Positions 24,130 to 36,969 of a stretch of 64,000 nt of DNA are shown here, in pieces (the first letter of the stretch is position 1; each line of letters begins with the position of its first letter). The position numbers were made by a program, and so were the translations under genes. Where the stretch lies: the NCBI GenBank assembly GCA_003427395.1, contig BFEA01000019.1:5389619-5453618 (forward strand), in the 5' to 3' direction. The notes under the pieces were generated by a model, which was not told where the DNA came from, did no database searches, and was given only the letters and a program-made list of their open reading frames with translations. The DNA comes from Chara braunii. Taxonomy: Eukaryota > Plantae > Charophyceae.

Positions 24130-24234
24130 CCTTCTTCCCCCGAATACAACGTACGGTCGTTATAGCTGTATCTAGACTGAAAGATGACTAAAGTAGAGCT
24201 ATAATGACCGTACGTTGTATTCGGGGGAAGAAGG
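24130..24234. mobile_element. 105-bp hairpin MITE, second copy
   Basis: Same termini and length as 13265-13369. A more diverged relative lies near 19423-19530. Confidence 0.75.
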
Positions 24235-24842
24235 TGGTAGTATGCCCGTCCCTTAGAGGAACGGACTTTTGCGCCGGGCACCGCGCCGCCAATAGGCTGC
24301 TTGCTGTACAGGCCACGTGTTTGAAATCTGGACAGACGGGTGTTGCGGGTGTAGCGCTTTTCTGTCCTTTTCACTGGTACAGATAATTAACTGGACTGGA
24401 CATGTTGAGAGAATGGTAGCCTCATTTTTCAATCATGATGATAAATCTTATAGTAGACTAATAGACTTTATCATCGGCCGTGATTTTTTTTCCCTCTTGT
24501 GATCGTAATCACAGACCATGTTGGGCGGGTGAAGATGATATGCCATTTTCGGGGCCGGTAGCTGATGGTTGGATGGCTAATGGCCGAGAGTCCGATAGCC
24601 AATAGCCGATGGTCAGGTAGCCAAAAAGCCGATAGTGGATAGTCGGGTAGCTAATTGTGTCTATAAGCTATGGCGCCTGTCTGGTCTTTGGTCATCTAGA
24701 AGATGTGAGTTGGGGCCGGGCATGTGAATCCATAAACCTGCATTTAATCCGAGTTTTGGTGCCAACCGGTCTCCTATCGATTTGGCGCGATTTGGCGCCA
24801 GCTCGTCTTGGCGCCAAACGTTGCGTGCTGACGAAAGAAACC

Positions 24843-25225
24843 ACTCGTTTTGGCAATATTTTTTGGCGGGAAGACAATCGATTTGGCGCTATTTTTTGGC
24901 GGAAAAACACTCGATTTGGCGCTATTTTTTGGCCGAAAAACACTCGATTTGGCGCTATTTTTTGGCGGGAAAACAATCGATTTGGCGCTATTTTTTTTGG
25001 CGGGAAACAATCGATTTGGCGCTATTTTTTTGGCGGGATAACACTCGATTTGGCGCTATTTTTTGGCGGGATAACACTCGATTTGGCGCTATTTTTTGGC
25101 GGGNTTTGGCGCTATTTTTTTGGCGGGATAACACTCGATTTGGCGCTATTTTTTGGCGGGATAACACTCGATTTGGCGCTATTTTTTGGCGGGAAAACAC
25201 TCGATTTGGCGCTATTTTTTGGCGG
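24843..25225. repeat. 33-bp minisatellite (~11-12 copies) containing E2F-type motifs
   Basis: Unit TTTTTTGGCGGGA(A/T)AACA(C/A)TCGATTTGGCGCTA. Confidence 0.92.
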
Positions 25226-26083
25226 TTCTTCGGTCTGGGGGTGTGGTGTGGTGCCGCGGTTGAGATAGCTGCTTCCTGGGGCACTCGCATGCCTTTTTGT
25301 ATCTTTTTCTCTTTTTTTTTAAACGATCAATGGGAAGTAGTGATTGTGATGGTGACATAGGCGGTTGGTGGTAATAATGCTGATCATTGTGTGAATTTTT
25401 TTTTTTTTTTTGGGTAAACGGTGATGTACGTGGTTAGTGGTGAGACATCATCTGTGAGGTGTTTCTGTAGTAAGGGTGGCTGTAATGTGGTCGGAAAGGA
25501 AGACCAGATACGCGACCATGTCATGTGTCCGTGATTTTATGCAAATGATTAGGGAAGAAGAAGAGGTTGTACCTCGATTCTGCTCCCCCTCCTTTTCTTT
25601 TTTTCCCCCCTCTCTCTTTCTCTGTTTTTGTCTCTCTCTCCGAAGATTTGTTTGCGCGTCCTATGTTCCTCCCCCTCATTTTCCTGGCTTTTACTGTGTC
25701 TTTCAACAAATATTTGATTTTTTTTTTGAAGTGTCTTGCTCGGATGCTTTCTTTTGTTGTCGTTCTCTTTTACTTATCTCTTTTTCTGTTTTTTTTTCCA
25801 GGTGTGCGTTTTTTTTTTTTTTTTTTGCTTCTCTTTGCTTTGTACCCTCAATCCCCCCCCCCCTCCTTTTTTCCCACTTCGGTCCCCACTGCTTCCTCTC
25901 TCCCCCCCCCCAAATTAGGAGATCAGAGTACGAGAGGCATTTTCACTTCTCGGAGGACTTGGTTACGAATGGAGTGCTGACGCATCATTGCATTGCATTT
26001 TGTGCTACGGTTTTGGTGCATTCGTTGAATACTTCTTTTTGGCAAATCATCTGGCGGATGACATATGCGGTGTGAACACGCAG

Positions 26084-26181
26084 ATCATCTGGCGCCGGAA
26101 AGCATCATCCCCTTGTCTCCTCAGTGGCTGGTCGCGCGCCCACCGGAGAAGACGTCGACTTCGGCCTTGCTCACTAATCTG
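26084..26181 (+). CDS. EXA1: GIGYF/EXA1-family protein, exon 2 (not in ORF track)
   Basis: CAG|AT...CTG|GTATGC. Encodes DHLAPESIIPLSPQWLVARPPEK, containing the IPLSPQWL motif conserved at the N-terminus of plant EXA1-type proteins. Confidence 0.88.
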
Positions 26182-26251
26182 GTATGCAAATTTCTTAGAT
26201 CTCATTGCTTGTAACACCCTGAGAAAGGGGCCTGGCCTGCTTTTGGCCCCT

Positions 26252-26316
<65 letters not shown>

Positions 26317-26899
26317 GATGTGGGACATGCAAATCGTTTGGCCTAGAGGAGCTTGTGCTCTTGCTGTTTTCATGTTCAGAAAAGGTGCGTTAGTTCTTTC
26401 ATGTTGGTGTGCCCCTGGGTGTGGCACTAAAGCCTCGTGATGAATGAGCACTCCTCACTGAAAACATGTTATGTTTACCATTTTTCAAATTCAAAGCAAG
26501 TCATTCATTTGAAGTGGGGAGGTCTTTCCTTGTGCTAGTGGTCGTGTACCTGGGCGCCTTGGAAAACAGCGCTAAGTGTGTCTGGCGATGAGTCCTTTCC
26601 ACACTTAGCTCTTTAGATTACCCCACCAGTTGAGCTGTGCGTTCTTTCTATCAGCTGAGCTCTGCTGTTGTTCTAGGTAGGGATTCTCAGAGCTCTGCTA
26701 TGTCTCTAAGTAGCTGTTTGCTGAGCTGTGGTATATCTCTAAATGGCAGTTGAGCTCTGTTTTTTTTTTCTTTTTTCTTTTTTCTTTTTTTTTTTCCCCA
26801 ACAAACACAGCCTCTTCTATTCTGGGGTCATCAGTGCGGTTGCTTATCACCGGCATGCAAATGTTTCCGAAAGAGCAGCGGGGGAGATTAGACAGAGAA

Positions 26900-27405
26900 A
26901 AGCGTCAGACTACCCTTGTGGCTTGAGCCGCCTAAGCAAGAGGGGGCTGGTTCGGCTCAACCCACTCCCAACCTCCAACCCTTCCTCAGGGATTAATCTG
27001 CAAATCGGGAAGCTTACTAGCAGACCCGGGCACGATTCAAGGTAATCCCCGGGGAGGAGGGGGGGTGGTCCTGGCAGAGTCCCTCGGGCCGCATATCCCT
27101 TGTTCATCCTAGGAAGTCATAGGCACCTAGCCTATGTATTTCCTGCCGCTATAATCCGTGCGCTGTCTGTGTCCTAGTATCAACTTGTACTTGTCCGTTT
27201 CACCCTTCACCCCGTCAGGTTTTCACAAATGTCTTGTACATGCATGCCGTGTATTCCTGGCATTGACCAGATCTCCGTCTTCGTACCTCGAAATCTCCCC
27301 CCAAACCTGTGTGTTGCCATCAGTTACACAAGTTGCCTTTACCATTCACTTCCAATCATGCAATCTGGGTCCTTCAGACTACCTAGCTGTATATCCCTCG
27401 CTACA
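26900..27405 (+). mobile_element. Possible LTR-retrotransposon 3' remnant
   Basis: Polypurine tract GGGGAGGAGGGGGGG (27051-27065) followed by TG and a segment ending ...CGCTACA. No partner LTR or TSD found. Confidence 0.3.
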
Positions 27406-28886
27406 GTTATAGAAATTAAAAAATTGTATTCCGTGTTTCTAGCCCAGGGTTTCCCTGAACCCTGCTCTGCTTTAATTTTAAGTAGCTGTTCTTTTTTTGT
27501 TGTGTTGAGATGTGCTGTGTTTCTAAGCAACAGTTGGCGTGCTGTCTGAAGGAAATGAGCCGTTCATTGTAGTTCAGTTTATCGAAGTACTCAGAGCAAA
27601 ACTGTGGCTCTGTTGAATATAAGAATGTGGTGATTTGCCCAAGCGGATCAAGTAGACAACGTGATTATTAAGAGCATACATGTGGTAGGGGTTGAGATGT
27701 ATGCATGGACTCCCTTAAGGGAGCAATTTCTATTAGAAAAAGGAGACAAATTCTATCATCCGTTTTTCAGGGGCGTTGTCATGTTTGGTCTCTGGGTGGT
27801 AGAATAGAAACATAAAGAAACAAATAAGAAAAAGGAATCAAGATGTATGCATGCCCATTTTCAGGGCTGTTCTCTTAAGTGATTGAATTCTTCCATATCA
27901 ATTCAATCACCTAGGTATGCAACTGCTTTAAACTGCGGGTACCTTTCCCTGCTTCCCCCCCCCCCTCCGAGCATGCTGGAAGGTGCCCCCACAGGGTCGG
28001 CATAGCTTCGTGATGGATCTGATTTTCATGCACAGGTGCAAAGAAAAAGAAAAGAAACGAAGGATCTGGCTTGGAGAACAGACTTCACGATTCCTCTGGG
28101 AAAAATAAAAATAAAATGGCGGCGTAAATTTCCATGTTCTAGCAGAAAGTCATTGTCAGGCTGACTCCTCGTCGTACAAAGATCTACCCTATGCCAGGCT
28201 CTGCTACTTTCTGCACGCACAAAAGACAAAAAAAAAAATGCCGGTGTATCTTTCCATGTTTTAGCAAATGATACATTCCCTTTTTGCACATTTGGTGAGT
28301 ACTGGAGCAAGGCCTTTCACCTGGTGAGCAGGCCAATTTCAATTGGATCTGCATAGAAGATATGACAAAGATTCCTGCATAGAAGATATGACAATGAGGA
28401 ATCTTATCTTCCCTCCCCCCTCTCTTCCCCCCCGCTCTGACAACTGGCAGACACCATGATAGGGGCACCCGTCCACCAGAAGAGTCTCTGCACTTAGGTA
28501 CTATGGGAGCGTATCTTTCAATGCTCTAGTGGAATATTCAGGCCCTCGACTCGTTATTTTTATTTCTTCCCCCCCCCCCCCTCTCTTTTGAACGCTACTC
28601 CTGGTCCACTCTTTTGCGGTTCCCGTCGACCGCACGACCAAGGCCACTCCTCATCTCCTTGTTTCTTTCTGAAAGCAGAGTCCACTCCATTTTCGGCCTG
28701 ACGCCCAACAGCATGGGAACCAGCCGTGGACTGGTTCAGCAAGGACTGCTCGAAGGTCCTGGCGGTTTAATAGGAAACTCAATCGGTCATGCGGTTTTCT
28801 TATGCTGATATCTAGGGGATTAAATTGTTGACATCAATGCTGATGGCTATGGTTGTCTGTGTGGGTTGTGCTGTGATGGAATGCAG

Positions 28887-30203
28887 GAGACATCCCGATT
28901 GGTTGGAGGCAACAATGGGGGCTTGGTCGGAGAGGTGCCCGGGATGGGGAGCAAGGAGCGGCGGAAGGATTTCCTGAGGGAAGCTGACAATAGGAAGGAC
29001 TGGTGGAGCAGCGTGGAAAGGGAGAGGGAGCGCGAGTCTGAATTGGCTGGAGGGGGAGGGAGACGAGACAAGTGGAAAGAGGAAGAGAGGGAGATGGGCC
29101 TTCCGGGAAGACGGGAGAGATGGAAGGATGGAGATCGGGATGGGGTGGAAATAGTGGTGCCCCCTCCTCGGCGAGAGCGCTGGACAATGGAGGGTGCTGG
29201 GAGTGGGAGGGGGGGGGAGTCGGGGGGGGGTGGGTCGAACTTGGTATCTGATCCTTATCGCAGGGATCGTTGGGGTGATGCTAGTCGTGATCTTGGGCGA
29301 GAGGGTGGAGAGAGCAAAAGGATGGGGGGGGAGAGTAGGTGGGGTGCAGGTGGGGGTGGGGGAGGTGGTCGAGATCGTTGGGGGTCGGATTCACGTGAGG
29401 CGGGTGGTGGTGGAGGATCTGTGAGTGGAGTGGTGAGTGGGGTTGGCGGTGGTGACCATGGTGGCAGAAGGGATAGGGATAAGTGGCTGGAAGGTCCAGA
29501 TGAAGACAATGGGGATCAAATGCAGAGGGAAAGGGAGAGAGAGAGGGAGAGGGAGAGGGATGGTGGAGATGGTGGAAGAGACAGGCCGTGGAGACCACAT
29601 GGGTATTATTCTGGGGGAGGTCATGGGGGTGGAGTGGGTAGAGGTCGGGGGGGAGGGGGAGCTGACTTGGGTAATGCGGGGGGGATTGGACGTGCAGACG
29701 GCCTTCCACCAAAAAATGCACCAGCACCTGGTTTTAGTGCTGGTAGAGGAAGGGCAGAGGGTTCCGCATCATTGGTGGGGTTTGGAAGGGGTCGTGGATC
29801 ATCGAGTGGGGGTGGGGTGACTGGAAGTGGCCTTGGACCTGGAGTAGGAGGAGGAGGAGGAGCAGGGGGAGGGCTCACAGGTGGAGCGCCCTCTGGGTTT
29901 GGATCCAGTGTGGTAGGAGAAATGTGGGATGGGCAACAGCCAAGTCCGTCTGCTGCGCCGTTGAAAACGCTTCATGGAGGAGCGGTGATGGCTTCAGAAA
30001 GTCCGTCTCTTGGGACACCAGCCAGCGGTAGTGGGGGTGGAGTATTCAGATATCCGCGAAGTAAAATGCTGGATGTGTATAGCAAGTGTCAGTCTTCATC
30101 CGCATTGGATCAATGCCCTGAGGGGCTTGTTGATCTGCCGCCAATCTCACATTCGGAGCCCCTGCAACCGCTGGCCTTGATTCCACTGGATGCTGAAGAG
30201 GAG
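28887..30203 (+). CDS. EXA1: GIGYF/EXA1-family protein, exon 3
   Basis: TGCAG|GAG...GAG|GTGAGA. Encodes RDRW/RGRG repeats, the eIF4E-family-binding-type motif RYPRSKMLDVY and EPLQPLAL. Confidence 0.9.
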
Positions 30204-30941
30204 GTGAGAGTGGTGCCTCAGAAGCATTTATCACTGTGTGTGTATGTACTAAATGCATAAGGTCGGTTCGGGCCCGTCTTCACCATTTTGCACTTTGGAC
30301 ACATCAACACACACACGAACACAGACATGAACAAGCCCTGCTTTAGAGCATGGGCTGTTTGGATGTTTACGGGTGGCCACGAGTTCTCTTTGGGGGGAAT
30401 GTATGTTTTGTGGGCTGGCATGGAAGGCTTTCCCAGTTATTTGGGACGCTTAGCAGGGGGGGTCGGTGCGTTCTTGCTGGAGGAGTCTTCTGTCTTAGGT
30501 AAGTTCTCTTATCTTCTTCCTCCTCTTTGGCAGTGAGGCGATGGTGTAATTTGAGATGAATGTTGGGAATGCCAATGCTGTTATATTTGACTGTTTTTGG
30601 TAAATGAGTTTTTGGTTTTGTGGGCCGCTGCGAAAGGCTGTCCAAGTTTGTTTGGACCTTCGAGGGGGTTGGGTCGGTGCGTTCGTGCTGGATCGGTGCA
30701 TTCTTGCTGGAGTAGTCTTCTGTCTTACGTGAGTTTTGCCTTCTGCCCTCCATCCCCTTATGGTTTGAAATATAAATGTATACATTTGTATATGTGCAAG
30801 TGTGCCGCTTTGGTGCCAGACGGGTGTGTGGGCCCTTGGTGCTGAACCACACAAACGTATATTGCCTATCTATACTTTTCGTTATGGATGGCTTGTGATG
30901 ATTTGTGAAGGGAATGAGAGAGAGAATCTGGGGTCTTCTAA

Positions 30942-31663
30942 ACCACTAGTACCTCCGAGCCTGTTTTTCCGAGCCTGAATTTCACTCTTCGAGTTTTGCT
31001 GAGTCTGGGTCCCACTCCATTTTCCTCCTGGTACTCTCACGGAAAGAACAAAAAAAAAGAAGACAACGAATAAAAGTTGCGGCCATGGAACTCACAAAAG
31101 AAGAAGGGAGAAAAAAAAAGGAAACAAAGCTTTGGCCGTGATTGCAGTTGTATACATTCTTGGAAGTGGTAGTGTGAGTGTGCTCTCAGCGAGGGCATCT
31201 CAGCCCCGTGGCCAGGTTGTCAGATCCCAGAAAGACGAAAAAAAAAAAAAAGGGAAACATGGGAGGATACATTCCTCTTAAGCGCCAGTGTGATCAGCAT
31301 CACAATCCTCAGAGGAAACACGCCTTGAGCAGATCACGGATTCTGCTGTCAGATTCCAGAAAGAGAGAAAAGAGAAAGAAAATGGAAACAGGGATTCGGT
31401 CATGAAAATGGCTGGATACATTCCTCTTAAGTGTCAGCGTGATGAGTATTACAATCCTCTGAGGAAACACAGCTTGAGCAGATCACGGATTCTGATCTGC
31501 CTCGTTGGCAGGGGACTCGTAACAAACACACGAGGAAGAAAAAAAAGAAAACAACTTTCAGAATGTGACCGTGTTTGCAGTAAGATGCATTCTGTAGAGG
31601 GAGATGGTGAGCACTGCCTCTCAGACTACCCTGCCCGACATCATTGCAGTACAAAAAGCATAT
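30942..31663. mobile_element. TTAA-family TIR element, left part (cut at the adapter junction)
   Basis: CTAA|ACCACTAGTACCTCCG...CTGTTTTT resembles the left end at 50277. It shares the internal CAGTGTGA...CTCAGCGAGGGC units. Confidence 0.6.
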
Positions 31664-31694
31664 TCTTATACACATCTAGATGTGTATAAGAGAC

Positions 31695-31696
<2 letters not shown>
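31664..31696. other. Nextera mate-pair junction adapter (Tn5 mosaic ends): sequencing artefact
   Basis: TCTTATACACATCT+AGATGTGTATAAGAGACAG matches 33 of the 38 nt of the duplicate junction adapter. Confidence 0.97.
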
Positions 31697-31745
<49 letters not shown>

Positions 31746-32086
31746 TCTTGGCAAAGCCAATTTCCTACTAAGTAAAACAAAGCACATAGGCAAATGGTTT
31801 GCCTTAAGCAGAGGGCCCTATCATAGATATCGTTTTTCAAAAACAGAATCGAAATGTTGGTAACAAAAATAGGAGCAGCAGAATCACGATAACCTGCGTT
31901 GCACGGCGTTCACGTTCGACGACGAACGTGAACACGTTCGTCCGAACTTGTTCGGGCATGGAAATCCGATGAATGCGAACATAGTTTTTTTGGGGGGGGA
32001 AGTCGGAGGGCATAGGCCTAGGTCCCTGACCCCTCCCACTGCTCTAACCCTCGTCTGTATGTGCGTGTGTGTTTGTGTGTGTGTGT

Positions 32087-32136
<50 letters not shown>

Positions 32137-32374
32137 GGGGGAGAAAGATTTTCCATCGATAGGATGAGCAACGCAACGACCAACAAGTTACTCTCCAACC
32201 CCACCTCTAGCATCATTGTACTTCCATCGATAGGATGAACAACGCAGCGGCCAACAGGTTAGCCTCCAACCGCCACGGCTGGCCTAATGCTACTTTCGTC
32301 GATAGGATTAGCAAAATCAAATGAGTCTTCCGTTAAAGCACAAAAATATATACTACCACATTTGTGTCACGGTC

Positions 32375-32434
<60 letters not shown>

Positions 32435-32450
32435 AGANCACACCCACACC

Positions 32451-32538
<88 letters not shown>

Positions 32539-32965
32539 ATGGCTTCTCAGACTTGGCATGTGTCAGGGTAATGTGAAGTTGAATACTTCTTGTGGGGCGC
32601 ATGGTGTTGGATATTGTGAAATTATCACAAGCAGGAGATTCTCCATATCTAAACAGAGGAGAGGCTAAAGGTACTGAAAGGTCTGTTTGCTGGTCATTGG
32701 AGGTCCCATTGCTGAGAATCTGCTTTCAACTTAGTGAGCTTCTTGGGACTCTCGTAAGGTGTGTGGAGCTTGCTGGATGCCGTTGTTGAAAGAAGTTCAT
32801 TGCCAGTGATTCCGCTGCACTTTTTTGCAAGTGGGTCTTGCTTTTTCTGCTCTGTTTTAACGGGTCACGATCTGTGGTCTGCCAGAAGGGTTGGTTTGAC
32901 ATTTTCTGTATGCTGAGATATTTCCAGTCGATTGTGTGTCGGAAACTTTGATGTGATGTGAATAG

Positions 32966-33068
32966 GCTGCCCTGGACAGTGTAAGAAGAGGGGAAGCACC
33001 ACCCAGTCGAAGCGCTACGACGGGGCGTGCACGGGATGAATTGACTTCTGGCAGGGGACGAGGAAGAG
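32966..33068 (+). CDS. EXA1: GIGYF/EXA1-family protein, exon 4 (not in ORF track)
   Basis: AATAG|GCT...AGAG|GTGACT. Encodes AALDSVRRGEAPPSRS...GRGRGR, corresponding to the plant 'VLDAIEKG' segment. Phase 0 to 1. Confidence 0.8.
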
Positions 33069-35842
33069 GTGACTTCCTGATGACCAGAAGCCCTGGAACG
33101 CATGCTTGATGTTTGGGCGTGCGATCTCATACCGAGCCGGGTAGATGCATTGGACGCACCTTTCTTTCTTGCTTACTTTTTTCATTCCTAGTGTTATTGC
33201 AGCGAAGGCTGTCAAGTTTTGTGGACATGCATATCTACGTATATATATAGAGGGTCACAGCCCCTCGTTTGTTGTTCTCTTCTCTCTCTCTGCCTACGGT
33301 TTACCGGGCAGTTCTGTTTGTGACGATATATATATAGAGGGTTCAGCCTCCTGATGAGTCGGTGAAACTCCGACAAAACAGTTTGCCGCAGCCCCTCGTT
33401 TGTTGTCCTCTTCTCCCTCTCTGCCTACGGTTTACCGGGCAGCTTTGTTTGACTATATACATATATATATTGCAGTAGGTGATGAAAATCCAATGCAATA
33501 GAGAGCCCTGCATTCTTTGTCCGCCATCCCTTTGTGCCAACAGTTCAGCCAGGGTTTCTCTTTGACTATGTAAGACCCCGTGCTTTTGTCCTGTTTCCTG
33601 ATCTGTTTCCTAGACGTTTCTGTGTGACAAGGTGTATATATATATACATGGATATGTACATAGCACGTTTATGATAGTGCATGTGTTTGTCACAAACCCC
33701 CTTTGTCTTGTTTCCCCTTTCCGTCAGTGTTTCCCCAGGCGGTTCTTTGCGAGTATCTATATGCTTGGTATGGCCACCAAGCTTTCATGAACAGTTGGGG
33801 AAGGAGAAGGGACTGGGATGCGCTTCAGCTCGTGCAGAGAGCAGTTGCAATGATGCATCAATGGATCACCTTTTCATGAACAGTTTGGGAAGGAGAATGG
33901 AATGGTAGGTGCTTCAGCTCTTGCAAAGAGCAGTTGCGATGCATCGGCAATATTTAGACAAGACTGCACGGTAAGAATGGTTGCTGATTTCTATGATGAC
34001 TGTGGTTTAGGTGAAGTCTCTGATGGTATGTGTGGGTAGACTGCTGATGGCCCTGTGGATGATTTCAGCAGCCTTTTGCTGCATGTCTTCCTGATGATGC
34101 TGTGCAGCTGTGTTAGTGCCTTTTTTGCTGTCGTGGCACCTAAAATGTACCAGATCATGCTTGCTGTGGGTGATGTTGTGCTGAGGCTGCCATTCCTCTC
34201 TTTGATTGAAGGGTAAGTGCACTGGCGGCATGGACACGTGCTGCTGGGAAAGGGTTGAGGTCAGGGAACTGGTAGGACAAACAGGTGGTGGGTGGGGAGA
34301 GGGGATCGGTGATCTAATTGAAAGAGATAATAGCAGCGAGTACCTAATAAAGGTAAATTGATTCTGTATGTGAGGTGACGTTTCCTTTGGATTGGAACAT
34401 AAGGCACTGGGGAGGCGAACTGCCAAGCTCATAATCATTTTTCATTTCCATTTGCGTATTCTTGACAGCAATGGCTATTTACTTAGCAACTAGGGTAGTA
34501 CCATCTGCATGCTTTGCCAGTTTCGTGACAGTTTTGTTAACAAATAAGTAGATTGATTCTGGGTTTCAATGGCTGACTGTGATGCTGTGATCACATCGGG
34601 AAATGGTAGTTGAAAGGTTAGTGTTTGGAAAACCATTCGCATGTGTAGGAGGTAGAGTAGTGCGTGGAGCTGTAGATCACCAGTCCAAGACATTGTCTTC
34701 CTTGTCAGAAGGTGGATGCTTGTGCCCATCACATTGTTGTTTCCACAACTGTGATGTGCTGCTGTGATTGCATGGGGAAATTGTAGTGGGAAACTCAATG
34801 ATTGAAAAAAGGATTGGCATGTTTTCGGCTAAGAAGATTCTCTGTAGGGGGTACACTAGTGCTTGCAGCTCCTAGATCACCAGTCCCAGACATTGTCTTC
34901 CCTGTCGCAATGTGGATGCTTTGTGTCCATCACATAGTTTCCACAACCGTGATTTGTGCAACTTCTGTCAAATTTTAGGAGACTGGAAAACGAGCCGGTT
35001 GGCTGAGGGGGCTTTGAAGTACCTCAACAGATGCTGACAAAATGTGTGCCGTTGTTGGTCTGTTGGTTTAGCCTCCTTGTAACCCCTGTGCCTCATACTT
35101 GCAGCGTGCGGTATGTCATGCATCAAAGAGTTGGGCAGTGTGCGGAAGGAAGAAAGGGGATTTTGGAAGATGCAAGACAAATGATGAAAATTGTAATTTC
35201 CGTTTTTACAAATTCTATGGAGACAGTTTTCTCTAAAAGTTGCTTGAATAATCTTTTGCACTACATTTTTAAAATGATTGTTAGCTTTTTTGAAGGGATA
35301 TTTCTGGGGAGCTGGCTGCTGCAGGTGGGCACTGTGTGCACCTGTCTGCTGCAATAAATTAGTGACAGGGTTGAGGGAATGCCATTCCTTTTGATGTCTT
35401 GCACATGGGAAGATGTTCGTGATGCCTTACTCCCAAATTTCTCAACAAAAAAAAAGCAATGATGGCATGCCAGTGACCTATTGCCGATGTACGATCTGCA
35501 CAGCCATCGATGTGAACAATTTCCGTCTTATAGGGTATATTTACAGGGTAGGTGGTCTGTAGCGTGTGTGGTTCTGTATGGCTAAGTTTTTGCTGGGGAT
35601 GATATATACGGAAATGGCAAATTATGTCTTCTGCTTCGAACAGTATGTCAGGCTTTGATTGAATTGAAAGCCCATCGAAATTGGTTGTGAGACGGTGCAC
35701 CGTAGAAATAGGAATAAAAAAGCTATTTTATTTACAGAAGAGTTTATGCCCAATGGATTATTGGAACCATAAAGCAGCAATATGAAGAATACAGGGCGTA
35801 AGAGAAAGTTTGCGTGTTTTTCAAATCGTTGTGGTGGTTCAG

Positions 35843-36001
35843 GTTCGTCGAAGGAGGGATTTGATGCGCATCGAGAGGATGACTTCTATGATGCACCTGG
35901 GCTTGGTGGGGAGGAAGGATTTCTTGATCGACTGGCTGAGTTGCGCTCTATTGAGAGCTCTGGGTTGCACCCTTGGGAGTCCGCTCGGGACGAGTACGAT
36001 G
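35843..36001 (+). CDS. EXA1: GIGYF/EXA1-family protein, exon 5
   Basis: TTCAG|GT...GATG|GTAAGA, 159 nt, phase 1 to 1. Encodes GSSKEGFDAHREDDFYDAPG. Confidence 0.75.
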
Positions 36002-36535
36002 GTAAGAGTCCATGTTCCCGCTCAGTCTACTGCCTAATTTCACATATCAGCCCTGTGGTCTTTGGGAGGCGCACGTATGGGGTTTTCTATATAAGTAGAA
36101 GGTTTCCGATAAAGAACATGGGTTTAGTTCTAGTTGTGATTGCTGGTGGTGGGAAGAAGTAATGCATTGAAAGAAGGCATGATTTAGTTGTGCATGTCGC
36201 TACATCGATATGCTCAGCTGGACAGCGGGGTGTTTTTGGCGTCCACAGGCCCAGCCAGGAAGGGGCTAAGATCGTTTCTACTTGGAAGCTAAAGAACTAT
36301 CCCGATGCTCTATCTCAGAATAAATCTGGGAACTAATTAGTCCACACGGATGCCCTGCACTGGGATGAACAGACAACCAAGGTCACACTGTGAGAGCTGG
36401 CCCAAGCTTGAAACACGCATATCAAATCTATTCCCAATTTATTGTCCATAAGAACTGCCATTGGTTGATCCGCTTCGGCACGGCTGCTGCTGACTGATGC
36501 CTCCTTCAGTCATTTGAGGGCGGGGGGAGGCCATG

Positions 36536-36573
<38 letters not shown>

Positions 36574-36969
36574 CCGTGCAATCCTTCAGCCATGGCTCCC
36601 CCCTTCCACCATGGCCGCTTATCCCCATCCCTTTCATTGTCATTTGGGCAGAGAGAGAGAGAGAGAGAGAGGCCAGTGCCTGCGACATGGTGTCGAGGAT
36701 TGTCTGCCTGCTGCCATCCAAGAAAAAGTGCGATTTCGTTAAGATAGAGTTGTTTCAGGAAAGGCGTGCTTATTCATGTTGGCATTTGCTTTTTACTTTT
36801 TCTTTTGCCGAGCTAAGCAATAGTTATGTTATACATGACAAACCGTCATGCATGTGCTCTCATACCTCCTCTTGCGTTTCTGGGCAAAGCTGCAGCAGGT
36901 TGTGTAGTCGTTTGTTAAATGGGGAAATTTGTCTGCATCTGACTCTCAGGATGTGCAATATGAATGCAG

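Noticed and set aside
19586-25225. CRISPR-like arrays
   Set aside because: The 21-, 20-, 13- and 33-bp repeats are contiguous with no unique spacers. There are no cas genes and the context is a eukaryotic intron.
28679-28755. Extra cassette exon before exon 3
   Set aside because: It has a good acceptor but only weak donors (GTCCTG, GTCATG), and no homology or phase requirement for it.
31678-31696. Horizontally acquired Tn5/IS50 end
   Set aside because: It is the synthetic mosaic end in the back-to-back adapter configuration, with no transposase nearby.
36576-36969. N-terminal extension of the 640-aa ORF (and similar overhangs on other exon ORFs)
   Set aside because: Intronic read-through that includes an (AG)n tract. 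Splice sites and phase define shorter exons.
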